Assembly (NCBI GenBank): GCA_964487285.1
Contig: CAZAPZ010000001.1
Span: 8,239 to 41,452 of the forward strand
DNA: 33,214 bases
Direction: 5' to 3'
Source: an uncultured Campylobacterales bacterium
GTDB lineage: Bacteria > Campylobacterota_A > Desulfurellia > JAADFJ01
The position numbers and the translations under genes are program-made. The notes under the pieces were generated by a model. That model was not told the origin of the DNA and did not search any database. It saw only the letters and a list, made by a program, of their open reading frames with translations. Each line of letters opens with the position of its first letter. Position 1 is the stretch's first letter. This document shows positions 1-7,082 of the stretch, one piece after another.

Positions 1-304
1 AATTTATCCTTAACTTTTAGACCTTTGAATTTTAGATGAGAAGTTTTGCCGTCAGTCGCTTTTGGCAAAGTAACTTTACTAACAACTTCATTATTAATAT
101 CAAGCTTCACATTTTCGGGCTGAAGCTTCGCACTTTTTTCGGTTTTAGTATTATTTACGGTTATTCGCAATGCAGATTTGCTTTTAGTTGATATTGCTTT
201 TTTGCTGTTTTCAATAATTCTATCGGCAGCCGGAGTTATTTTAGAATCCAATTTATCCTTAACTTTTAGACCTTTGAATTTTAGATGAGAAGTTTTGCCG
301 TCAG
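1..304. repeat. Exact 55-bp direct repeat (1-55 and 250-304), offset 249 bp = 83 codons
   Basis: AATTTATCCTTAACTTTTAGACCTTTGAATTTTAGATGAGAAGTTTTGCCGTCAG occurs twice and encodes DGKTSHLKFKGLKVKDK in frame on the minus strand. The left copy is cut by the window edge. Confidence 0.95.
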
Positions 305-623
305 CAATTTCAATAGGTTTAATTGTTTTTTTGCCTTCTTTTGATCCCTTGCTCATATTAACTTGTATAAAAAAGTTATTGACGGCAAAGTCGTTTTTAA
401 GAAAATTTTTCCTCTTTACCGCTTTATTTACCTTGGCAGGTGCTTTGTTCTCGTTGGTAACTTTTTGATTTTTAGCAACAGATTCACCCGTTTCGTTCTT
501 TTTATATTTTATTAGGAGATTCTTAAATGCGGCAGAACTGCCTTTTTTTGTCTTTATAGCTTTTTTTATAACAACACCTGCAAAATTTTCCGAACTTTTG
601 TTCGCAGCATGAATACTTTTCAT
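1..623 (-). CDS. 5' part of a Lys-rich low-complexity protein, probable flagellar hook-length control protein FliK (runs off the window)
   Basis: Not in the ORF track. Manual translation from ATG at 623 is open for 207 codons to the window edge (MKSIHAANKSSENFAGVVIKKAIKTKKG...). A sigma54 motif lies directly upstream, and fliK is absent from its usual position after fliJ-motE in this window. The diagnostic C-terminal domain is not visible. Confidence 0.55.
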   Translation of the reverse strand, partial: MKSIHAANKSSENFAGVVIKKAIKTKKGSSAAFKNLLIKYKKNETGESVAKNQKVTNENKAPAKVNKAVKRKNFLKNDFAVNNFFIQVNMSKGSKEGKKTIKPIEIADGKTSHLKFKGLKVKDKLDSKITPAADRIIENSKKAISTKSKSALRITVNNTKTEKSAKLQPENVKLDINNEVVSKVTLPKATDGKTSHLKFKGLKVKDK

Positions 624-635
624 ACCTTACTAACA

Positions 636-650
636 GCAAATATCGTTCCG
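636..650 (-). promoter_or_regulatory. sigma54 (-24/-12) promoter of the FliK-like gene
   Basis: Minus strand CGGAACGATATTTGC has exact GG-N10-GC spacing and resembles the motif upstream of flgB. Confidence 0.75.
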
Positions 651-684
651 AAAGATTTTACGCTATGTAAATCTATTTTCTAAA

Positions 685-727
685 ATTTCCCCCTTCCCCC
701 TTTTTTAAGAGTGGGTCAGGGGAAAAT
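685..727. repeat. Imperfect C-rich/G-rich palindrome (REP-like or terminator)
   Basis: ATTTCCCCCTTCCCCCTTTTTTAAGAGTGGGTCAGGGGAAAAT: the arms are imperfectly complementary and GC-rich against the background. Confidence 0.45.
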
Positions 728-742
728 ACGAATTATAACTTA

Positions 743-768
743 TTGACGCCCCTTTCGGAAGTTGTCAA
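743..768 (-). terminator. Hairpin with GAAA tetraloop downstream of the DUF302 gene (terminator or protein-binding palindrome)
   Basis: Minus strand TTGAC-AAC-TTCC-GAAA-GGGG-C-GTCAA, about 24 nt after the stop codon; no strong U-tract. Confidence 0.3.
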
Positions 769-791
769 AGATTTCTCCAATCAGCTTAGTT

Positions 792-1181
792 CTACTTAGC
801 TTCATCTATTATTTTAATCATCATTTTTTCAACATTTTCAGCAGCGGGCTTAAGTGCCGACAGATCTGAGACAACCGGCAGCATAGATGTTGGTCTTACA
901 GTTCCGATTCTTGTCTTGCCGTCACCCTTATCCTGATAAACTGAAATTCTGCATGGCATCATCATGCTCATATTCATATCAACCGACATTGCCTCTTTTG
1001 CGATATTAGGATTGCAAAACGCAACAATATTACATTCGCTGTCAAATTCTACACCTTTTTTTTTCAACATCGCTTTCATATCGTGAACGACAATAACACC
1101 AAACTTGTTTTCGACTATAGACTTCTGCAAATCCTCGGTTGCTTGCTTTACAGACTTATCCGTTTTTACAATATACCTCAT
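792..1181 (-). CDS. DUF302 domain protein
   Basis: Pattern FGVIVVHDMK...FCNP...MMPCRISVY...IGTVRPT is typical of DUF302. Start moved to ATG 1181, which has GGAGG upstream. Confidence 0.85.
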   Translation of the reverse strand: MRYIVKTDKSVKQATEDLQKSIVENKFGVIVVHDMKAMLKKKGVEFDSECNIVAFCNPNIAKEAMSVDMNMSMMMPCRISVYQDKGDGKTRIGTVRPTSMLPVVSDLSALKPAAENVEKMMIKIIDEAK

Positions 1182-1273
1182 AAATTCCTCCAATATTTTT
1201 TATTATCCGTATCTATACGTTATTCCATATATTGATTTTTCAAGTCCGTCTCAAGTTAAATTTTATTGCAACT

Positions 1274-2170
1274 CTAATATATTTCAGTATCAAACGAAAG
1301 ATTATACCGAAATGATGCATATACCTTCAATCTATCAATATCAAGTCTTAAAGGAATAGAAGGAAAGGGAGATGCTTCTTTTAGCGCATTGATTGCGGCT
1401 TTGTCTAATATACTGTAGCCTGATGTTCTTATCAATTTTACGCTGGCAAGAGTTCCGTTTTTATTGATAATAAATACCAAATAAAGCATACCGGATTGAT
1501 TTTTTTCCAAAGCCTCATCCGGATATATCCAGACCGATTGTACCAACTGCTTAATATGCGCCATATACGATGCATATTTTATATTCTTTGTAGCGATAGA
1601 TATTACAGCTTCTTTCTTTGCGGCTCCTTTACCGTTTCTTACTCCTATGCGGGAGACCGATTTTCCCTGAATGGATTTCGGAGCATGATTTAACGCTAAC
1701 TGTTTTACGGACTTAAAAATTGAATGATGTTTGATTGATACAACTGAAACAGCTTTATTTATTATGTAGCCGGTAAGTTTTTTGTGTGGTAAAACTTTAT
1801 GCGGCCTTAACTTAGCAGCTATACGCTTTTTTTGTCTAACATGCTTTATTTTGATTCTTTTTTTTATACTGTTAAAACCACCGGCATATCTTTCGTGCTC
1901 AATTCCTTTGGGCTGGGTAATTTTTGTTTTTTCTTTCGCAATAATATTTCCGCTTGAAATTTGGTTTTTTGTTGAAGCTATGTGTATATTTTTCAATCTG
2001 CTTAAGTTAACTTTTTGATGGTGTTTGTTTTTCAGGGTTATCACATCAACCATTATAGGCTGAGTTTTTATGGGTAAAATTCGTTTTGCTTTATTGGCAA
2101 CTAAGATAATGAGCATAATCAAGACAATATGAATCAGCAAAGAAAGAATATATGAGATTGATTTTTTCAT
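1274..2170 (-). CDS. tonB: Energy transducer TonB family protein
   Basis: N-terminal TM helix with SLLIH motif; TonB C-terminal domain (WIYPDEA...G.LYLVFIINKNG...RTSGYSILDKAAINALKEASPFPSIP). Confidence 0.85.
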   Translation of the reverse strand: MKKSISYILSLLIHIVLIMLIILVANKAKRILPIKTQPIMVDVITLKNKHHQKVNLSRLKNIHIASTKNQISSGNIIAKEKTKITQPKGIEHERYAGGFNSIKKRIKIKHVRQKKRIAAKLRPHKVLPHKKLTGYIINKAVSVVSIKHHSIFKSVKQLALNHAPKSIQGKSVSRIGVRNGKGAAKKEAVISIATKNIKYASYMAHIKQLVQSVWIYPDEALEKNQSGMLYLVFIINKNGTLASVKLIRTSGYSILDKAAINALKEASPFPSIPLRLDIDRLKVYASFRYNLSFDTEIY

Positions 2171-2180
2171 TCTGTTTTGA

Positions 2181-2540
2181 GGATGGTTCTATAAGCCGGA
2201 TTCTGTACCAAATTGGTGGCAGTCATCTATCTAGGATTGCCGTTACCGACAATCTCAAGCGATGTACCCGAGAATACACTATGGAAGGGTACATAATTAT
2301 TCTCCTATTTCATCTTGCTTCAGGCGGGAGTTTTCAAGGCATAAAGATTACTCTTTATCCGGTGAGCTCTTAACTCGCCATTTCAACCTTACCATTTAGA
2401 ATAATCTAAATGGCGGTATATTTTCTGCTGCACTTTCCGTAAGATAACGCTTTGGCGCTATCTTCCCGGGTGTTGCCCGGCACCTTCCTTCTGAAGTCCG
2501 GACTTTCCTCCTCATTTGAGGCGACTGCCCAAACCATCCC
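2181..2540 (-). ncRNA. rnpB: RNase P RNA (bacterial, probably class A)
   Basis: Minus strand has GAGGAAAGTCCGG near the 5' end, GGAAAGTGCAGCAGAAA internally and ACAGAATCCGGCTTAT near the 3' end. The termini GGATGGTT/AACCATCC pair as P1. Length about 360 nt. Confidence 0.97.
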
Positions 2541-2548
2541 GACTGCCA

Positions 2549-2576
2549 ATAATAGTCTCTTTTAAGCCATAGTCAA
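2549..2576 (-). promoter_or_regulatory. sigma70-type promoter of rnpB
   Basis: TTGACT-N16-TATTAT ending 8 nt before the RNA 5' end. Confidence 0.7.
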
Positions 2577-2659
2577 CTGAATCTTATTTGACATCTAAAT
2601 GTAAGTCTTCACCTGTTGCAGGGTTATGCGCTTATTATACGAATTCAGTAGAACGATAT

Positions 2660-3631
2660 TTAGTTGAATCCGGTTTTATGTAATATATAGTAATTATAAA
2701 CGGCGTTTGCTATTGTAAGTGCAATAAGATGTCTAAATGTGGAAGATGCCAAAAGTTGCTCTTCATGCTTATTTGAGATATAGGCATATTCAACTAATAC
2801 AGCAGGCATTTTGGTTGTATACTTAATAACATATAAATTGTCCTTTACTGCGCCATTGTTTCTAAGACCCAGCTGATTTGATATATAATTTTCTAAATAC
2901 TTAGCAAATTTGTAATCACTTTTATGATAATAATATGTTGTTGTGCCGTATAATCTATGATCCTCAGATGCGTTGCAATACAAACCGATAAATATATTTG
3001 CGCCGCTTTTATTTGCTTCGCTTACCCTCTGAGGTAAACTTACAAATGTATTGGAAATTCTATCTAATTCTACATCAATGCCTCTATTTTTAAGCAACTG
3101 TTTCAGTTTTAATGCCACACTTAAATTTACAAATGATTCCGGCAAACCTAAACGTCCAATTCCGCCAGGATCCGATCCTCCATGACCAACATCTAAAAAC
3201 AGTTTGAATTTATGTATTAGAATTGGATATATTATTGTAACATATCTATCGTTTCTTATATGAAATGTCTTTACAAAAAACGGATTAAAGAATGATTCTT
3301 TTATAACGACATGGACAGCGTCAGGTTTAGTGCTGAATTGAGTTATTACCAATTTTAGTATTGTTGGGAACGGCGTGTATATAACACGTGTTTTTCCAAT
3401 CAAAATAGAGTTTTCAAAAGATAAGATATGAAATTTTTCGTAATTTCGTTTAAAGTTTGATTGCTTGATTACAAATTTGCCTGTTGAATATATACGTATT
3501 GTTTGTCTATTTATAGAAATATTTGTTATTCTACCATTATTCATGTATCCAAAAGATTTCTGTTGGGTAAAAAAAATAACAACAAAACTTAACATTACAA
3601 TAACCGCAACATTATACTTTTTTATAAACAT
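2660..3631 (-). CDS. N-acetylmuramoyl-L-alanine amidase (Amidase_3) with signal/anchor and AMIN-like N-terminal region
   Basis: LDVGHGGSDPGG, PESFVNL, RVSEAN and MPAVLVEYAYISN motifs; hydrophobic N-terminus; AGGAG RBS. The third Zn-ligand position reads Tyr. Confidence 0.9.
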   Translation of the reverse strand: MFIKKYNVAVIVMLSFVVIFFTQQKSFGYMNNGRITNISINRQTIRIYSTGKFVIKQSNFKRNYEKFHILSFENSILIGKTRVIYTPFPTILKLVITQFSTKPDAVHVVIKESFFNPFFVKTFHIRNDRYVTIIYPILIHKFKLFLDVGHGGSDPGGIGRLGLPESFVNLSVALKLKQLLKNRGIDVELDRISNTFVSLPQRVSEANKSGANIFIGLYCNASEDHRLYGTTTYYYHKSDYKFAKYLENYISNQLGLRNNGAVKDNLYVIKYTTKMPAVLVEYAYISNKHEEQLLASSTFRHLIALTIANAVYNYYILHKTGFN

Positions 3632-3714
3632 ATGCTTCTCCTAGTCTGCCATAAAAAAACTCTATACTACTTTTACTACATTTTATGAGCTTTATCAAAC
3701 ACTGCGGATCAACT

Positions 3715-4182
3715 GGTCAAGTCCCAACTCTGCTGTAAATTTTCTTTCTGTCGAATTAAGATTTTCTGTTTAACACACTCAGCGTCTTTGTCTTTAGCTT
3801 GAAATAGTTCAGGATGTTTTTTCTGCCATTCGAAATACTCCTGCCATATCAAAAATATCTACTTCCCGTAATCTTTGTCTTGTTCGGCTGGTAGTGCTCC
3901 AATTAAACCAGCAGCTGACTGCTTATTTGGGAATATACGAATAACTCATTCGTGTCTTTAAAATCGCTTCATTCAGCCTTTCCTGCATGCTGCTTGCAAG
4001 ATAGGCGTCTGCGTGGGGTAGTAACCATCTTGCGATAGAGCATCTTCAAGGCCGTCTTCCGGTATATCAGGAGCTTTATTCGCTTTCCTGATATTATATT
4101 GGCCTTACGCACCTAACAAAAAATAAATGACTATTCAAGAGATTAAACAGTCGCAGATTTACGTGAGTTGCGGGACTCAAGA
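3715..4182 (-). mobile_element. Internally deleted IS256-family element with both terminal inverted repeats
   Basis: Both ends read AGTCCC-N9-GTAAAT inward (3715-3740 and 4157-4182) and enclose a degraded IS256 transposase C-terminus. Confidence 0.75.
3825..4085 (-). pseudogene. IS256 (Mutator) transposase C-terminal fragment, frameshifted
   Basis: Pieces translate as KAPDIPEDGLEDAL, MQERLNEAIL, VIRIFPNKQSAAGLIGAL.AEQD and EYFEW, matching the ERLN..I.RR..VI.IFPN..S..RLIGA signature. Confidence 0.85.
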
Positions 4183-4331
4183 TGATCGCTTACGGATTAA
4201 CAGAAGTGCCCTCAACTAACAGGTTAGCACCTCAAATCTAATTTCTAAATCCTGCTATTTATTTGGCTTCTGTGGAAGTGCTTATTGTGCAGTGGTCTCA
4301 TAATATATCAACAGATTATTATCCTAAAAGC

Positions 4332-4365
4332 CCTCAAAAAGGCATATTTAAAAGCTTTTTTGAGG
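4332..4365 (-). terminator. Possible terminator after the ABC ATPase gene
   Basis: CCTCAAAAA...TTTTTGAGG 9-bp stem about 15 nt past the stop, followed on the minus strand by GCTTTT. Confidence 0.35.
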
Positions 4366-4379
4366 AAGAAGAAGATGGG

Positions 4380-5282
4380 TTAAGGTCGATTTGCAATATC
4401 TTGTATAAAAATCGATTCCAAATCTTTTTTCTCTGAATTCACACTGATAATTTTCAGATCAAGAGCTGTTATACTGTGAAGTTTGCTTTCCAAATCATCA
4501 GTCTTGCAGGTTACGGAACACAAATTATCTCCTATATAACAACTATCCGTTATTTTTCTTCTATTCTTATCATCTAAAAAAATAATTTTATAACTTGACG
4601 CTGAAAGTTGCTTTATCTGATTTAAGCCAATTGTTCGTATCATTCTACCTTTGTTTATAATAGCAACTTTAGTGCAAATATCTTCTATATCTGGAATAAT
4701 ATGCGAACTGAAAAATATTGTTGTATCCTCTTTATGCAATTTCTTGATAATCTGCTTGAACAGGTATCTTCCAACGGGATCGACTCCTCCCATCGGTTCG
4801 TCTAGAATTAGTATTTTAGGTTTATGTATGATAGATGCGGCAAAACCGAGACGTTGAATCATACCCTTGCTGTATTCTCTTACTCTCTTAACTGCCGAGC
4901 TTTCAAGTCCTACTAAATCTATCATATCTTCGGAACGGCTTTTCGCCTCGTTTTTATCAATATTGTGCATTGCACAAGAAAACATCAATATATCCATTCC
5001 TGTTAAATTATCTACAAAAGATGGATTTTCCGGCAGGAACCCCATCTCATATCTACATTTTATGTCCGTTGAATAAAGACCATTGATAAGCACCTTTCCT
5101 TCATCTGCTTTTATAAAGTTCATCATTATTTTCATAGTAGTGCTTTTTCCTGCTCCGTTTGGCCCAAGAAAGCCAAAAATCTCGCCTTTTTGAACACTCA
5201 AGTTGATTCCGTCAATAGCCATCTGTTTTTTATGTAACGACTTAAATGTCTTATGAAGATCTTTTATTTCTATAGCTTCCAT
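4380..5282 (-). CDS. ABC transporter ATP-binding protein (XapD/PilH-like)
   Basis: Walker A GPNGAGKST, signature YSKGMIQR, Walker B ILILDEP, H-loop FSSH. Start moved to MEAIEIK, which has AGAGG upstream. Confidence 0.92.
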   Translation of the reverse strand: MEAIEIKDLHKTFKSLHKKQMAIDGINLSVQKGEIFGFLGPNGAGKSTTMKIMMNFIKADEGKVLINGLYSTDIKCRYEMGFLPENPSFVDNLTGMDILMFSCAMHNIDKNEAKSRSEDMIDLVGLESSAVKRVREYSKGMIQRLGFAASIIHKPKILILDEPMGGVDPVGRYLFKQIIKKLHKEDTTIFFSSHIIPDIEDICTKVAIINKGRMIRTIGLNQIKQLSASSYKIIFLDDKNRRKITDSCYIGDNLCSVTCKTDDLESKLHSITALDLKIISVNSEKKDLESIFIQDIANRP

Positions 5283-6129
5283 TTTTCCTCTTTTTATGAT
5301 ATTTTGCAAGATTACTGGTGGTTTTTATACTGTCGCCGCTTATGTAAAATTTCCCTCCGTACGGATCAACGGGTATCTTATCAATAATTTTTTTATCAAC
5401 AAGTTGATGCAGATTTTCAGGCAGCGATGAGTATCTCTTTTTGTATATGTTGATCGCCTGAGTAAGGGATTCTATTTTGCTAAGGGCATCTAACCGTAAT
5501 TCATAAATGGACTTAATCGAACTGTTATGTGTAGCTTTTATCATAGCTTTTAAAAATACAATGCCAAGTTTTGTTCGCCCTCCTTCATAAAAATAGCGAG
5601 CGGCAAGATTTGTGAATAGACTTGATCCGCTGATCTCTGCAGCTTTCTTAAAATAATAGGCGGCATTTTTATAATCTTTTAAGAAATATGCGTAGTTGAA
5701 ACCTATGAAAAATGGTAATTTAAAATCCCATTTTCTATATTTGAATACATGTTTGAGCAAAAAATTTACATCCTTCACATGCCCGACATTCCAAGTAAAT
5801 GTCGCTTGAGCAAAATAGTATGCATCCTCATTGTATGGATTGAGATTAATAGCTTCCTGCACGGTTTTAAATAGGTTAAAGTATTCTATTTTCCTAAACT
5901 CTTTTGCCGCAAGGATTTTTTCTTTACCTCCGTAATAAACGGTAGCCTTAATGCTTAAATACTCTCCCATAAACCATCTGAACTCGCCAAGTGAATATTT
6001 GTACAGCTTACCCTGCGGAGTAAAACCGAGCTTTGCCTGTTGCGGACGATTTATCATATAGCTTGTAAAACTATTCATAAAGATTAAATAGAGCGTGATA
6101 ATAAATATGATGAGAACAGCTTTTTTCAC
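5251..6129 (-). CDS. Membrane-anchored TPR-like protein (XapC/PilG-like)
   Basis: GTG start, N-terminal TM, TPR-like helices (LNPYNEDAYYFA; GFNYAYFLKDYKNAAYYFKKAA) and a C-terminal LP..L.QLV...IPVDPYGG motif. Lies between permease and ATPase. Confidence 0.65.
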   Translation of the reverse strand: MKKAVLIIFIITLYLIFMNSFTSYMINRPQQAKLGFTPQGKLYKYSLGEFRWFMGEYLSIKATVYYGGKEKILAAKEFRKIEYFNLFKTVQEAINLNPYNEDAYYFAQATFTWNVGHVKDVNFLLKHVFKYRKWDFKLPFFIGFNYAYFLKDYKNAAYYFKKAAEISGSSLFTNLAARYFYEGGRTKLGIVFLKAMIKATHNSSIKSIYELRLDALSKIESLTQAINIYKKRYSSLPENLHQLVDKKIIDKIPVDPYGGKFYISGDSIKTTSNLAKYHKKRKNGSYRNKRSS

Positions 6130-6130
6130 T

Positions 6131-6916
6131 CTAAATTAAATTCCTTCTTCTAAATATTTCGGTTGCAATCAATAACAGTATGCCGGTGTAGATACAAAAA
6201 TAAGCTATTGGGTATATTATAGAACTGTAGTTCAATCGTATTGCATAAACGGCGTAAGTAGTAAAATCGAATGCAGAAAAATTGGGTACAATGTAGTAGA
6301 GCATTTTGATTATATATTTAAAAAGCAAAGAGTAGCCATGAATATTTGTTATATAATCATAAACACTTTGAGATGCATTTCCTACAATATATATAATAAT
6401 AGTACCAAAAAACGGAATAAAAAATGAAGTGGCAAATGACGTGAACAGAAATCCGATTCCCATTAAAAGTATGTATTTCAATAGAGTCATAATAAAAGCC
6501 GCTATGATATTTGACCATATAATCGGAAGTTGAGAATGATACATGCCGGCTGATATTTTAATTGCAACAATTGAGACTGCAAAATTAATCGAGCTGAATA
6601 TTACCATAATAGCTACAAATCCCAAAAATCTTCCCATAAAATATTTGCTGCGGCTGATAGGGTTTCCAAGAATTGTATATACATATTTTCTCTCTATATC
6701 ACGCCATATCGTTACAACTCCGCCGAACATTGCCAGAAAAAGCATTATGAATGAGTTTAAAGAGAGCGACATTGTTATAGAAACCTCCTGAATCTGCCGC
6801 ATAGACATAGCACTGAATACTGGAACAAGAGCAAATAGCAGCACCATAGAAAATATAAGATAAAATATCCTGTCATTGATAGTCGATTTAAATGTCCAAA
6901 AAGCTATGTTAAACAT
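6131..6916 (-). CDS. ABC-2 type permease (XapB/PilI-like)
   Basis: About six TM segments, RDIERKYVYTILGNPISRSKYFMGRFLG motif, C-terminal FRRRNL. Confidence 0.85.
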   Translation of the reverse strand: MFNIAFWTFKSTINDRIFYLIFSMVLLFALVPVFSAMSMRQIQEVSITMSLSLNSFIMLFLAMFGGVVTIWRDIERKYVYTILGNPISRSKYFMGRFLGFVAIMVIFSSINFAVSIVAIKISAGMYHSQLPIIWSNIIAAFIMTLLKYILLMGIGFLFTSFATSFFIPFFGTIIIYIVGNASQSVYDYITNIHGYSLLFKYIIKMLYYIVPNFSAFDFTTYAVYAIRLNYSSIIYPIAYFCIYTGILLLIATEIFRRRNLI

Positions 6917-6955
6917 ACGAACTCCAAATTTTCAAATGTTCTCACAATATCCGAT

Positions 6956-6983
6956 ATTATAAAACGGTATAGCGGTTTGGCAA
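6956..6983 (-). promoter_or_regulatory. sigma70-type promoter of the ABC operon
   Basis: TTGCCA-N16-TATAAT on the minus strand, about 40 nt before the ATG. Confidence 0.65.
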
Positions 6984-7015
6984 GCGGTAATGAATTAGCA
7001 ATGCAATAATTTAAT

Positions 7016-7043
7016 TTGCCAAACAGCTTTTATCTATTATAAT
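7016..7043 (+). promoter_or_regulatory. sigma70-type promoter of metE
   Basis: TTGCCA-N16-TATAAT followed by GGAGG RBS and ATG at 7083. Confidence 0.65.
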
Positions 7044-7082
7044 GACGCAACTAAAAAGTATATAGTGGAGGATTGACTGATT

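Noticed and set aside
1-304. CRISPR interpretation of the 55-bp repeat
   Set aside because: Only two copies, a 194-bp gap, in frame within a coding region and no cas genes.
2152-2373. 73-aa plus-strand ORF
   Set aside because: It lies antisense to the RNase P RNA.
6931-6957. sigma28-like motif (TCCGATAT)
   Set aside because: Poor -35 match and spacing; it overlaps a better sigma70 -10 box on the other strand.
6917-7082. SAM or cobalamin riboswitch before metE
   Set aside because: No conserved motifs, and the predicted leader is only about 33 nt.
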